Shown here one piece after another: positions 25,347 to 39,496 of a stretch of 64,000 bases of DNA (position 1 is its first letter; every line of letters starts with the position of its first letter). Location of the stretch: assembly GCA_964016885.1 (NCBI GenBank), contig OZ024740.1, forward strand, positions 309,876,001 to 309,940,000, given 5' to 3'. The position numbers and the translations under genes were made by a program. The notes under the pieces were generated by a model, which worked only from the letters and a program-made list of their open reading frames with translations, was not told where the DNA came from and did not search any database. The stretch comes from Eledone cirrhosa. Lineage: Eukaryota.

Positions 25347-25520
25347 AAATCCTGGTGTCTTTATTGACAGTGGATTTGAAAGACAAAAATATAACAGATA
25401 TGAAAGTGAGGCTGGAGGGAAAAAAAAAGAAGGGGGAAAAAGAATAATAAATAAGAATATATAACAACACACACGTACACACACACACGCACACACGCAC
25501 ACACACTCACATAAACGCAC
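25287..25520 (-). repeat. Non-coding HHR-bearing repeat (paralogue at 33770-33993, + strand)
   Basis: Reverse-complement similarity over ~220 bp. Confidence 0.8.
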
Positions 25521-25656
25521 ATATATACATATATATATAAATATATACACGCATATATACAGATATATATACACAGAGACACATATACACACACATACAT
25601 ATATATACATATCCATACATAAATTCACCAACACACACACACATATATATATATAC

Positions 25657-25723
<67 letters not shown>

Positions 25724-26068
25724 CACATATATATATATACATATATAAATATATACATATATATATATATACATATGTATACATACACATGGTGGCTGCC
25801 AACTCGTTTTCGAGTGCGGCCACTACTTTATATCCATGTAGGAGAACTACCGATGCGCTGAACGAATGTGACTTTTTAGTCCAGCCAGCAACTTGAAAAC
25901 TCTGGTACAAACACTACACCTGTGACAATTATTGACACATAGTGCTGGGCCCTTGGTACCATGTAACGACAAGTGCAGAGAGATCTCCAGATATAAAGCA
26001 ATGCCTGTGCCGTGAAGCTTTTATAGTGAGTAAAGGCACTGCACAAAGCCAGTACAACTCTCTTAACC

Positions 26069-29000
26069 ATGGGCATTTCTGCGTGTAAAAAATAAAAACA
26101 GAGGATGTAACAAAAAATAACAATGAAATATTCCCCAATAGAGGGGAGACTTCCGAGGGACATTTGTGGAGAAAGCCCATTAAAAGGCCACAGTGACGCT
26201 GACCACCAGGGCAAGCGCCCTCTCCCAGTTTTCCACCTTTAATTTACAGACACATACTCAGAGTAGGCCCATTCACTCGGGCCATACTTGCTTCACTCAC
26301 CCATCTTTCAACAAAATGCTGGGAAGAGAGCACTTCCCTCTCTACCCTGATTTTCCTTTTCAAATGAAATTTGAAAAAGTTAATCAGGGCATCACCGAAG
26401 AGGTAAGTGCTCGTCTACAGCCCTTTCAAACGTGTCCACCATACTATCTCTTTCGCCATGGATGGCCACCAGACAGATAAAAACTGCCTGCCCTTCTCGG
26501 CTAAAGGAAGAGGGTGGGGAAATCCTCACGATGGACTCAGCTGATAGCCGCATCCGTCCTACACGCGACAGCAGGTGTTTGACATAAACCCACACGGTAG
26601 CAATGCTCGGACATTGGACGAGATGCGTGCAGGACAGTTTCGTCGCCCTGCGCGCATCTCGGACATGCTCGGCTGACGGCACCTCCATGCCTGTAGAGTT
26701 TATTCCGAACTGGCAAAGCTCCTCGGAAGCACTGCCAGGCCAGGGATTTCTGGAAGTCGTCCATAGGCCTAGGCCCGAAAGTTCTTCCGAAGAGATTGGC
26801 TAGTTGATTTTCGTCGACGCCTAGAGTTTCTCCAAGTACGTCGTCGCTCTTCCTCTCCACTAATCCTCTATAGAACGCCAAGGTGGATTTTCCACCGATC
26901 ACATTGCCCGATTGGTCGAGGCCTGTGAGCGCCTGAAGACATTCCAGTCTCCAAGCGCTCCATCTCGGTCTTCGCTTGACCCAGGACTGCAGCTCCGTCA
27001 AGGAGACGAGCTGGGGAAAGACGTGTCTAGCAAACGGCAACCACACCTGATCACCGTCGAGGAAGAGGTGGAGATGTCGTAGCCTGAGCGCATGTCTGCG
27101 CATTAACAGCCACGGGATGCCCAGCCCTCCAAGTAGCGAGTATTGACAGCAGATGGACTGCCTGACCATCGGAGAGCCTCCCTTCCACAAAAAGCGAAAG
27201 AGCAAACGCTCTAGCGCAGTCAGGCGGGGCTTAGGACAAGGTACGACGGTCAGGCGGTAGTAGATGACGGACGCGATGTAGGCGTTAGCCACCTCCGCTC
27301 CACCTTTCAGGGATAGCTTCCTCTCCGCCCATTTCTGGGTGAGAGAAGCCACCCTTCTCGTCAGCTCGTCCCAGTTTTTGTCCGTCTGGAGGTCCGGACC
27401 GAACCAGACCCCTAGCAATTTAACCGGTCCGTCCGTCCAGCGCCTGACGACGCTGTTGGACGCCATGGATCTGCCTTTCCAGGTGCCGAGCTGCAGGCCC
27501 ACTGACTTTTCCTGGTTGATCATTGCCCCTGTCAGCGCTTCGTATTCTTTTAGTGTCGTGCCGATCGCATCGATGTGTTTGGCGTTGAAACCACTACGGT
27601 GACATCGTCCGCATATGCTGACACGGATCTTCCGCATTCTAGTTCGCGCGGGACCCCCGCAACGTCTCCAGTTTGTGCAGTAATGACTCGAGAGTCATAC
27701 GTACAAGAGGGGACATCCTTGGCGGACCGAGCGCATGATGTTGAATGGTTCCGAAAGGTTTACGTTCACTCTCACCATGTAGCTGTGCATAGCAGCGATC
27801 CAGCTTCTGAAGACGGGCCCAAAGCCAGCCGCCTTCAGGACTGCCGCTAGGTAACGATGGTCGACCCTATCGAAAGATTTCGACTGATCTAAATTGATCA
27901 AGGACCCACCTGTGCCAGGTTTCCTAGCTACCCTCTCTACGATGTATCGCATGAGGTGGAGGTTGTCGTGCTAGCACCTTGGCTAAAATCTTGAACTCTG
28001 TGTTTAGCAGCGTTATGGGCCTGAAATTATCTATGTTATCCCCCTTGTTCGGATCCTTTCTCGGCAGCGCCACCGCTCCTTGGCTCAAAGAGCTGGTAAT
28101 TCTCCCGTTCTGTTGCCAGTTGCAGTATACGTCCGCCAAGAGGCCTCCGAACAAGTCTGGTATTTGTACGTAAAGTTCATAGGGCAGACCATCCAAACCA
28201 GGCGATTTATCCCTTGTGCAGCCAGTCATTGCCTCCCGTACTTCAGCGGCTGTTTTCGGATTTTCGCAACACTCCGCCTCAGTGGCCGAGTGCCGCGGCA
28301 GTCCGTCGATGTAGACACTAAAGTCTATCCCCCGATCCGGCCAGCCGCTGCCCCCGAACAGCTGTGCAAAGTGTCGCTGAAAAGCTTCACTTATTTGCCC
28401 GGGATCGAGTAACATGCGCCCGTCGTGACCCTCGAGTAGCATGCGCCCGTCAGTTTGACCCTCAAGATTTTTTTCCCGCAGTAGGAGGGCACCAACACCA
28501 TTTGCTCGCTCCTTAGGGTCACTAAGGATTGAACCTTTGCCTCCTGGGGTGTGGAAAAAAGCACATCCACGGTGGCATTTTTCTTGCCTCGGGTGATATT
28601 CGTTTTCCGCTGCCACACAGACCCTAAGGCTTTTTGTATTTGAGCCTCTGTGGCTCTTTCAACCCTACGGAATGTTGTGCTTACTGTACGCTACGTGACC
28701 GTACAGTGCTGTTGGGTTTCGAAAAATGTTTCGGCTGCCTTGCAGATTTCTCGGTGTCCGGTTTTCGTCACCATCTTCTTTGCTTCCTGTAATTCCTCAT
28801 TTGTTACAACGATGGTTTCCAGGTTCTTTGCGATACCTGCAAACGAGATTGGTTTTTCTTTCTTGTTGTCGTGGTTGTTGTCGTCAGAGCTGCTGTTACT
28901 TTTGTTGTTGCTGCTGGTCCTACAACTGCCGCCGCCGCTGTTGCTGTGGTTTGTAGTTGTTGTTGCTGCTGCTGTTGTTGTTGTTGCTGATGTTGGTGCG

Positions 29001-29270
29001 GCTGCTACTATTATTTTGTTTGTCACTGTTGCTGCTGCTGCTGCTGTTATTACGGCTGCTTCTGCTATTCTTCATGACGTCAGACGAATGAAATGGCTTT
29101 CCGTATTTACCGCACACATTTTTCGTCGATGTCGTCGTCGTAGAGAAATGTTCCACTGCCCCTGCGTCTGTGGCAAATTCAGAAAGAATCAATCACGTGA
29201 CATCGAGGTCAATCAGTGGAAAGTGGTTTGCTAATAAGACAGCGGCCTGCCTACTACCATAGCAGCAGTC
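26069..29270 (-). mobile_element. Tx1/L1-clade LINE, second copy, internally deleted
   Basis: 26069-28450 closely matches 8870-11270. ORF1 remnant at 28450-29200. APE and most of ORF1 missing; further ~80-bp deletion at 27971. Confidence 0.88.
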
Positions 29271-29496
29271 ATGGCCAATATTGCTCGACAAATAATTTGG
29301 AGATAATTATAAAGAATTAATATCTAGTAACATATATATACATACAGATGCATATCAATGTTGCCACATACGCAGAGGCAGTGATTTTCTGAATGGTTAG
29401 GATTTCAGTCCACGCTTTGCTATTTCCTATCCACTGAATTATTTTTTAATAAGTTTCCAGAGTCCTCGCTTTGCCTGGAAACTTAGCTGAGAATAG

Positions 29497-29577
29497 ACTT
29501 CCCGACGACGGAATGTTTCTCTATATCTTCTTCGGAAAATATATTTACTCCATTCCAGAAACTAATTAGTTGGAAGT
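29497..29577 (+). ncRNA. Degenerate hammerhead, paralogue of 17947-18030
   Basis: acttc-CCGACGA-cggaatg..cattcca-GAAA-ctaattag-TT-ggaagt. Stem II shows compensatory changes. Confidence 0.6.
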
Positions 29578-29937
29578 GATATTTTAGTAAGTGAGTTAAT
29601 TTTATAATTTTCTTATTTTACGTCTCTCATATTATATATATATTTATATATATATATTTATGTTTTTGCGTGCATTTGCTTACCACGTGCGTTTGGTCAT
29701 TTATTATTATTCTTATTATTATTTTTATTTTTATATTATTTATTTTCTTAATCCTTATTTTTTATGTGACGGCCTATTATGATTATTTATTCTTATTTGT
29801 GTATGTGCATATGTATCTTTTTATATGTGAGTACGTATGCATGTATATATATATATATATATATATATCTGTATGTATGTATGTATGTATGTATGTATGT
29901 GTATGTATATGTATATATGTATATATATATGTATATA

Positions 29938-30041
<104 letters not shown>

Positions 30042-30049
30042 CATGTATA

Positions 30050-30212
30050 TATCTATCTATCTATCTAAGGCGGGTAAAATTCCCGAGATCCATCGACGAG
30101 TTCTCTCCAGCGGTCTCTGTCCCTCATTATCGCTGCCATATCCTGCATCTCCAACAGACCAGTGTCTGTCCTCAGGGCATCAACATATGTTAACCTTGGT
30201 CTTCCTCTTCTA
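30050..30212 (-). mobile_element. RTE-clade LINE 3'-end fragment with (TAGA)n tail
   Basis: [28 protein letters not shown]; embedded in (TA)n. Confidence 0.7.
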
Positions 30213-30281
30213 GTGTATATATATGTATGTATATATATATATATATATATACATGTATATATATATATGTATATATATATG

Positions 30282-30362
<81 letters not shown>

Positions 30363-30421
30363 ATATATATATGTATATATATATGTATATATATATATAT
30401 GTATATATATATATGTATATA

Positions 30422-30470
<49 letters not shown>

Positions 30471-30519
30471 TGGTGTATTTATGTATGGATATGTATATAT
30501 AATATGAGATCAAAAGATG

Positions 30520-33500
30520 GTTAAAAGAGTTCCATGTATTTTATTATGGGCATTTCAAAAACAAATATCATGGCATGATATTTGCGTTCTCATCAGATAA
30601 AAATAGGGTAGACATGATATGAAGCTTAAAAAACACTTGCGAGCAGTTAAGTGTCAAATCAACATATGAAAAATAAAGTAAGATGCATATATGAGATTGG
30701 GGAAAAAAGGGTGGGTGGGAAAAGGTATGAAAGAGTAAGAAAGAAGATAAAGGATGGCGGGGGAGGGGTATAAGGAGGAAGGATGAGAGAGGAGGAGAAA
30801 TGAGTGATAGAGAGAGAGAAATAGCCTTTAAAACTGAGAAAATACTGTCTCACAGAGAAAAATAAAAAAAAACTCTGAAAGATAATAAATAATTTAAAAA
30901 GATTTTGAAATTAAAAGTTAATGAGGTTTATGAATGGTGATGTTTATGGTTAAAGAAAAAGGAATTAAGAATAATATTTATTTAAGGTTTATATATTGAA
31001 GGGTTTAATAATATGTGCGAAAAAAAAAAGAATATATTAATATTATTAAAATAAAAATATTAAGGATATAATGTGAATGAAGGAGAGATTAGATGAATTA
31101 TGTACTTAGAGGAATTAGTAAGGGCTTAAGTTTGTTTTTATTTATTGTAATATGTAAAAGTAAATAATAGGTTTAATACGAGCACGGAAGGAGAGAAGAA
31201 GAAAATTTAAGGAAGAAAAAATATATAACGTCAAAAAATATATATGTTTACAAAATTTCCTAATGGTAATATTATTATATGTTAAAAAAATATAGTTTGT
31301 ATGGCCAAGAATATAAGGAAAAAGGAAAATGCTATAGTGAGTAATAGTATGAATTAAGAAGTAATTGAGAAGTAAAAGTTACAGATTAAAGGTTAAAAAT
31401 TAAAAAAGAAAAATGGGAGAAAGGAAAAAAGATAAAAAGAAGAAAGATAGGGGACCGCTAACGACATAGAATGAGTAAAATGTATAATATAATATACTGA
31501 AATAAGGTAGAAAGATGGATATATTTGTAAATGATATAACAGCGTTTGAAAAAAGAAGATTTTAAACAAATAAGGTATTGAGATATTAGCTGTATACTTT
31601 ATGGAAAGTTCTATGGGATTTATGCAAGTAGAACGAAAATAAATCCGTACGTCTATTTATTATAGAATTAAAATTAGATATAATGGTAAATTTCTCGGCT
31701 AGGCAGAGATTACATGTTCTGGATAGGGAAGAATTCTGGTAATGAAAGGCGATGTTATAGTTAATATTTTTGTCTTTTAAGGACCATATGAGTTCAGAGA
31801 GTGCCGTGTTAGTTCTTTTAAGTTGGTATTTACAAGACGAATTGTGATTATAAAATCTTGCTTTAAAGGAAGTGGAAGTGGACCCGAAATAGGTAAAAGA
31901 ATTAGTACCAGTTATAACCTTACATTCATGCACTAATTTTTATCAAGACATTGGTTATTAAGAGGACATTTAGTTCTAACAGGGCAATTACAATTACGAT
32001 TAGAGAAATTACCAGAGTTATTAACAAGTGACCTGGTATTATTTGTAGAAGGAATTGGATTGGAGAAGTTATTTACGATAGGAACTATAGTTTCCTGATT
32101 TAAATTGGTGTTATGAACATTCAACGAAGGTACATTTGACGTCATATTTAAATTTACTGAATCTAGCCTAGAGTTAACATTGACGTCGGGTTTACTATTG
32201 CAATTATTATGACGCTCAGTGTTGGATGGATATAATTTATTATTTAATATTTTATTATTATGTTTAGAGATAATGTTAGAAATGTTGGAAGTGGTGGAAT
32301 AAGAGAATTTGATTGTATGTTTGTTAAAGATCTTCCTATAGATATGCGAGGGAGGGAGCATTTATCTAAGGCCCTAAACAATATTTTAGGAATATTACTA
32401 GTAATAGATAGAGAAAAAGGAGCATTATACCAAATCATATTTTTGTATCTAGGTCTTTTATTTAAGTTATTGGAATGTTCATAACTAACTATTTTAGTAT
32501 AAGTCCTTCGATGATTGGTTTCTTTACTGTATTTAATATTATCAGGATAACCGGCTTTGGAAAGCGCATTATTATAATAATTGGCATTAGCGTCGAAGAT
32601 AACTTTATTAGAGGATAATTTGAGATTCTTTTTTCAACATTACTGACTATAGCATTTTTAAAGTTAGTAGGGTGGTTAGATTTAAAATTAACATAATTTA
32701 GATTATCGTTGTCTTTATGGTAAGGGTAATATAGGCCGGTGTCAAGATTAAGGGATATATCCAGGAAGTTAGCTAGTTTGACGTTTTTATCAAATTCAAT
32801 TTTAAGGTTATGGTTCTTATATAGATCAAGTATATTATTCTTAATAATATTAAGGTTAACTAAGTTACAGTTTAAGACAGTAAAAAGGGCATCATCACGA
32901 TACATTTCACTGCGAAGTTGAGGACTTTTCCGATTTAAAGAATTCAAAATAAAGATACCAATCAAGTCCGTCAATTGCGCTGAATCGGACGCACCCATTG
33001 TGATATCAAAATTGTTGGAAGTATCAGCTCTAGTCCAATATTCGTTGTTGAATTCCAGGATAGTTTTTCTTGCGGTGAGAATGATGTAAAGTTCATCTGT
33101 AGTAATGTCAGAATATTTAAGTGCGAAAGATAGAGCGTTGTTGAGGAGTGAAGGCGAAATAGAAGAATAGTAACTGGTAATGTCAAACTGAATAAATGTT
33201 TGTTTATTTCTATTATTCAGGTCCATTGAACCAGTCAATTAATTCAGATGTACCAATCCATAAATTTAAGTTAGAAATAGAGCAATTAGAACGAACCTGT
33301 GGGATAATTATATCCAAGATGGATTTACTAACAACCCTCAGATCTGATTTAGAGGGGCGATTAGTCTAACAGGCAGTTCCGCTCGAAAGTTACTTTTATG
33401 ATCCTTGAGATTTATCCTCGGAGTTCATGGGAAGAATGGTTCGGTCTTTTTCTCGATGCCAATTTAGACATAATCTCAGAATCTTCCAAGTTTATAGATT

Positions 33501-33757
33501 TCAAATTGTCGTGGTTAGTTTTACGATAATTCTTCCTTAGTTCCTTAAGGATAAGGTTATTATACTTATCTTTAGATACACCATATAAATTATTAGTTTT
33601 GTCGGAATGGACTAAGACCTTTTTATAGTCCGAAATCGTATTCCTGAGGTGCTCTTGTCCTCTATAAGGGTTTCTCTTGAATTTAAGACCTCTTATAATA
33701 TTAGTTAATTCTTCCTCAAACTGCGCTAGATTTTTATTGAAAGGAGGATTTCTTCTA
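30520..33757 (-). mobile_element. Penelope-like element (second family), decayed, with ~1-kb 3' UTR
   Basis: FIQFDITSYYSSI, FDITMGASDSAQ, MYRDD, FLDISL; WYNAPFS; CNCPVRTKCPLNNQC; YFGSTSTSFKARFYNH, CNLCLAEK. Several frameshifts. Confidence 0.85.
30537..30604 (-). ncRNA. Type I hammerhead at the 3' end of the minus-strand PLE
   Basis: tattttat-CTGATGA-gaacgcaaatatcatg(c)catgatatttgttttt-GAAA-tgccca-TA-ataaaata. 8-bp stem I. Confidence 0.78.
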
Positions 33758-33931
33758 GAGATATATGCATATATGTGCGTATATGTGAGGGTGTGTGCGT
33801 GTGTGCGGGTATGTGTGTACGTGTGTGTTGTTATATATTCTTTTTCCCCCTCTTTTGTTCCTCCAGCCTCACTTTCATATCTGTTATATTTTTGTTTTTC
33901 AAATCCACTGTCAATAAAGACATCAGGATTT

Positions 33932-33991
33932 TTTAATTCTGATGAATGAAAGCAATTTTGGTTGCTTTCAAGAAACCACTGGTAAATGAAA
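33932..33991 (+). ncRNA. Type I hammerhead ribozyme motif
   Basis: tttaatt-CTGATGA-atgaaagcaatt(ttg)gttgctttcaa-GAAA-ccactgg-TA-aatgaaa. Confidence 0.78.
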
Positions 33992-34194
33992 TAATTATCT
34001 TATATTGTTTATTACATAACTAATAAGCACTCTTTTTTCCTGAACCTTTCCGACGGAATCACTTCTTTCACACACATATATATATATATACATATATATA
34101 TCTAGGAACGATCGACTTTCGTCAAATCGGACCGAGGGAACAATGTTTCCGTTGGTCTTTCCAATTGCTAATACTATCTATCGGTCGCAACTCC

Positions 34195-34322
34195 AGGTAG
34201 AAGGAGCAAGGTGAAATAAAGTGTCTTGCTCAAGGACATAACGCATCGCCTGGTCCAGGAATCGAACTCACAACCTTACGATTGCGAATCCAATTCTCTA
34301 ACCACTCAGCCACACGCCTTCA
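34195..34322 (-). mobile_element. tRNA-derived SINE with CORE-like segment (5' part)
   Basis: Minus strand: gtggctgagtggttagag..gagttcgattcctgg..tgtccttgagcaagacactt. Confidence 0.7.
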
Positions 34323-36329
34323 CGAATATATATATATATAGACAAATATTTTTGTCTATACTGCTATTTTACCTCCTCTCATTTCATCCATGTATTATTT
34401 CATGTACCATCCCGTAACTTGTATCTGTTTATCGTTCTCCATCCCTCTCGTGTAATCCCCTTCGTGCTGTTTTCGCCTATCGCATATTTATATGTCCCTC
34501 CCATTTAGTGTACCCTCAAATTGTTCCAGAATTTAAAAACAAATATGACTTATTAAGGCATTTAGATGATGATTGTAATGCTCAATGTCAATCTTTATTT
34601 TGTGTTTGAAACAGTATTACTATTTAATAACTCTCTTGTCGTATTAAGGCCTTGAGATAGACTCCCTTCTAATTAGAAACGATTTCCCTTTCCTAAGATT
34701 GATAAAATTTTAAAAGTCATTCATAGTTATCTATTTGTTCTCACTTCCGTGTAAAACGATGGGTATTTTCTTCGAGACAAAATGAATGTAAATTCTGCGT
34801 TGATATTAATATATCTGTAAATATATGAAATGTTCTGATTTTGTTATTAACATGACAAACTTTTCAAAAGCATTCTGTAATGCACACTAACTTGAGAATT
34901 TATACCGATTTTAGAATTTAGAATCATATTTCAAATATTTGATTTTGGATGATGTTACCTGAAGTAAATGAAATCCTTAATTGAATAAGCATTTTAACCC
35001 GAATATCGAGTGTTGCTTTTATGTAATTATCAATATTTTATCATGTTTATATGAGAACATTTCTTTGGTTGTGATCCTTCGTTATTGTGATTCCATTCTC
35101 AGAGACTATGCTCGATAACAGTATTAAATCACTCACATACACCTGATAGTTCTCATCGATCACCAGAAGAATGAAAGAAGGATATTCAATTGGAATGTTT
35201 TGAGATATAACTGTAATAGACCGTAACTAAATACCGCCAATATGTTCAGTATTGCCAGTCCCAGATCATTGGATTTGTAATGTATTTTCGTCTTTGGTAA
35301 TCGTGAATATTAATGATATTGTTATCAATTGACACGCTTCTGATACGTTGTAGAACCATGGAACATTTATGTCAACTGAACATATATCGTCTTTAATGTA
35401 AACATGATATCCATACAAGAAACGATTTTAAAAGTTATTTCTTATAATTCAGTGATAAAAATATAATTGTTTTTACTTATGTCACAAGGCCAGTACTTTG
35501 AAGGGGTAGGGAAAGTCGATTGAATTGACCCAAGTGCATTAAGCACAGGTTATCTCTTTAAACAATAGGGTCGTAAACGTAACTAACAATCCAATGCAAC
35601 CGAAGGATTATTTAATATTTTAATGTCAAAAACACAATTCGTCAGATCAAATAGTCCTGGGTATGGTTAGAATATTAGACTCCAAGATCGATCGAATATG
35701 TAGTGGAAATACAGGGAAATGCATATAACTACACTTGCTTACACAGATATGCATATAGATTTATTTAGACATGAGTGTACATAGTGCACTAGGGATTCGT
35801 TTTCAACACGCATACATGTACACATATGCACGCACACACACATATGCATGCACAAACACCTCCTCCCCATATATATATATATATTTATATAGGTCGTTTT
35901 GTTGTATAAAATGCTTCCGGAATATGTTGCGGCCGATTGTGATTTGCGTCTACTTTATCATTCATCCATTCGAGCTGGATAAATAAAATACCAATCCAAA
36001 CATGTGGTACATTCGTCATCCTTTTCTCTTTCTGTCATTCCTTTGAAGAAATAATCAGCACACCAACAAAATGGTTCTATCAGTAGTGAAGGGCACTTTT
36101 TTAATATATATATTGCTTCCATTACCCACTATACTACCCTAAGTATCGAGTACTCTGGTGCGTTATGGTCCACCTGGTATCTTACTACAGATTCTTTGTT
36201 ATATATATGGTTGGTTTTCGCTTCTGTGTCCTTTATATCGGTTAATTTAATTTATTCGGTCCTCAATGTTACCATTGACTGACCAACGGTCAAAAATACA
36301 GATACAATATAGACACAAACACACATATA

Positions 36330-36607
36330 TAGTCTAACAAAAGTTCTTTCGTTGCACATTTGCAACATCATCAGTGGTGCTATTATGTTTCCTCCCGTTG
36401 CATTGTATGCCTGCGCCATCTTTATTTAGTCTGTTTATTTATTTATTTATTTGTTTATTTTTTGTCTTCTCTGTGCATGCGTTTGCGTGTGTGTATAGTG
36501 GTTTGTTTGATGTGTGTTCGTGTTTGGGTGACTGTGTATTGGTTATTGTATTCTATCTTAGTTTACTAGTGTTGGTTTATTTGTGTTTGTTGTTATTGTG
36601 CTTGTGT

Positions 36608-36639
<32 letters not shown>

Positions 36640-36912
36640 TTCTCTTAGGTCAGTGTTGTTTGTTTGGGTGTTGTTGTTATTCCATTCATTTTTTCTGCTT
36701 AGCCTTGGCCTTCTAAGTTCTATTTCGCTGGCCTCTCTGATTTGCCTATCTGATGGGACATTTCTATCTTTAGATATTATTCTAATTTCTATGCTGTCTA
36801 TGTTACCGTCGTGTTTTCTGGCCTGTTCGTATAGTACTGAACCATTTTTTCGTCCTTTTAGTTCCCCCCAGTATTGGTCTATCCTTTCACCTATGCCACG
36901 AGCCGTCTCGCG
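36330..36912 (-). mobile_element. PLE 3' fragment (GIY-YIG C-terminus plus 3' UTR)
   Basis: ETARGIGERIDQYW..SVLYEQARKHDG..RQIREASEIELRRPRLSRKNEWN, homologous to 23878-24115. Confidence 0.8.
36336..36379 (-). ncRNA. Minimal hammerhead downstream of a PLE 3' fragment
   Basis: cacca-CTGATGA-t-gttgca(aatg)tgcaac-GAAA-gaac-TT-ttgtt. Same architecture as 24344-24388. Confidence 0.6.
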
Positions 36913-36923
36913 AAACTATATAT

Positions 36924-37646
36924 ATACAATATGTTGAAAAGGTAACACACTAGAGAGATAGTGCGCTATCAATAAAACAGGGAAAAACCACCAGTGTATT
37001 GAATCTATATCCTATGAAAGATAGGGTAGACAATCGGTAATTAAAAATATAAATTAAAGTGTATATACAAACCTCTATAACTATATAACACACAAGTACA
37101 AATCTAAACAGATCTGTTTCGCCAATAATTTGTTGACAGAAATAAATAGCCCATGGTTCATCAGCGTGTGTAAGGCTATACATTTCAGACAATTCTAAGA
37201 GAATTTAAAGCGACTGTCCAGCTACACGTGTTTAGGGCAGCGTGTTTAGGACAGCGTGTTTAGGGCAGCGTGTTTAGGGCAGGGAACCAGTGGTATCTGA
37301 GGGACGAGCTGCTAGAAAGGGCAGCCCAAAACCACTCAGAGGAGTGTGCTCAACCAAAAAGAGAGAGAGAGAGATGAAAGAATGTTATAATGAGCGAAAT
37401 AACAGGATAGATTAACGGAGCTACAGACTCTCGCTATTCCCTGTCAATAATGTGCTCAAAGGAGAAGGAATCCTGAGCTCTTTAAAATACAATATGTTGA
37501 AAAGGTAACACACTAGAGAGATAGTGTCTACCCTGCATTTCATAGGTTATAGATTCCATACACTAGTGGTTTTTCCCTGTTTTATTGATAGCGCACTATC
37601 TCTCGACTGTGTTACCTTTTCAACATATTGTATTTTAAAGAGCTCA
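36924..37646 (-). mobile_element. Retrozyme-like repeat, copy 2 (563-bp unit, 40-bp terminal redundancy, inverted partial copy)
   Basis: 36924-36963 repeats at 37487-37526; 37525-37646 is an inverted partial unit; permuted relative to 846-1467. Confidence 0.65.
37090..37171 (-). ncRNA. Type I hammerhead motif
   Basis: acacacg-CTGATGA-acca..tggc-GAAA-cagatc(tgttta)gatttg-TA-cttgtgt. Confidence 0.72.
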
Positions 37647-38178
37647 TTTTTATGAGGTCGAGGAAATAATTACCAGTCAAGTACTGTGGGCAATATATTC
37701 GACTTTCTTTCTCCCTTTAGTCGCTGACATTGTGCTGGAATTAGAAAGCATTATCATCTACATCGCAGTATAATTAAAATATAGATTTATCATGTTTTTC
37801 GTGGACGCATTATGGCCGAAAATCTATGAAGTTTCAGTCGCAACAATTAGATCTCAAATTTGATTCCATTCTATGGAATACCGGGCACTTACTCGTACAC
37901 ATTATTTTCAAGGCTCATTTAAAGCAACACCAGAAAACCGCGACGACGAAATCTACGGCGGTCCATCCCATCAATTTCATATAAATTTCAAATTATACGT
38001 AATCTATCTGAATATAACAAGCACGAATAATGTAATACTGTAATGCATGAAATCTGTTTGAACTTAAAGGACGGACTTTGCTGGTATAAGATTCATAATA
38101 CATAAGTCACAAAACGTATTATTTCTCATCACAAAAATATTAAGAACATCTTATTAAACTGTCTGTATTATTATTTTA

Positions 38179-38276
38179 GGTTAACTTTGCCTTTCATCCT
38201 TACGGGGTCGATAAAATAAAGTACCAGAAATGCACTGGGTTAGTTGCTGGCCTTGTGCCAAAAGTAGAAACAATTA
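38179..38276 (+). mobile_element. SINE family A, 3' half
   Basis: Matches 12513-12610. Confidence 0.7.
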
Positions 38277-38593
38277 TTATTTTCTTCTTCTTAACGAAAA
38301 CTTTGAGCGTAAGAAGAAATACAATGCTACACAGTTTAAAATTCTCTCAGTTATTAGAGTAATGTAACAATAACAAATCTTAGAGCTTCTATGACTTCCC
38401 TCGTGAATATCGACTCAAAGAAATTGACAATCACGATTTCTCTAGAGATTATGTAATGTCAAAACCCAATTAAATATTAACGAATATACATTTACTGGGA
38501 ATTGCCGACATTTGCGATCGACAGGCGCTATCTTATGTCGCCACATATCTATAAATACCGCAATATTTTGATGGAGAAAGGTTGTCTTGTATA

Positions 38594-38693
38594 ATAATTG
38601 TTTCTACTGTTGGCACAAGGCCAGCAATTATACCAGTGTATTACTGGTACTTTATTTTATCGGCCCCGTAAGGATGAAAGGCAAAGTTAACCT
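38594..38693 (-). mobile_element. SINE family A, 3' half
   Basis: Reverse complement of the family A body. Confidence 0.7.
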
Positions 38694-38789
38694 TGCATAA
38701 TAATGTCGGAATGTTTCCAACACGCATATACGCTTTCACATCCCGCACATATCACGCACACATACATAAGTCTGAATGTGGGTGTGGCG

Positions 38790-38838
<49 letters not shown>

Positions 38839-39267
38839 TACGAACGTTGAAATTTTGTTTACATGATTTTAGATTTTTATTGTGTAACGACCTGTTACGC
38901 GCGTTTTTGTATTAATGTTGCAAATTTTCTCATCTGAAACAGATATTGATATAGTTTAGGAGGGTCATTCTGCTAATATAAAACACACGCACCTGCTGTT
39001 TTCACTTCAGTTTTTTTATTAACTTGCAGGTGGTTAGTTTAATATCCGGATGGGTGTTTACCGTTGGCGGTAAAATTTAAGTTGTTGAATCTGTGCCGTA
39101 GTTCTCATTCTTTTTGAAAAGGTCGTAAAACAGCTGAAACCGGCAAATTAAACAAAAAATATCTAAAACAAATATATAAATAATCATCATATTCATTGGC
39201 CAATTAATACAGAAACCTTCTAAATAACCCAAATATCAAGTTTTGCAAATTTCAAACCCTATTTTCC

Positions 39268-39320
<53 letters not shown>

Positions 39321-39496
39321 GTTCAAGAGTAACCAATCTTAAAGAAAGAGATGGAGATAGGAGAGGAGATAGGAGAGGAGAGATTGGTGAATTAGTTAGA
39401 AGCCAAAGCGTAAAGGCACGTGCTCAATGTGCAATATGCAGTAGAAAGCAGCTAGGTGGCTGGGTTCATGCAGAGGTTAGGCACGCAGAGCTGGAA

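Noticed and set aside
39105-39150. Hammerhead remnant TTGAAAA..GAAACCGGCA
   Set aside because: Core and cleavage site too degenerate and stems unconvincing.
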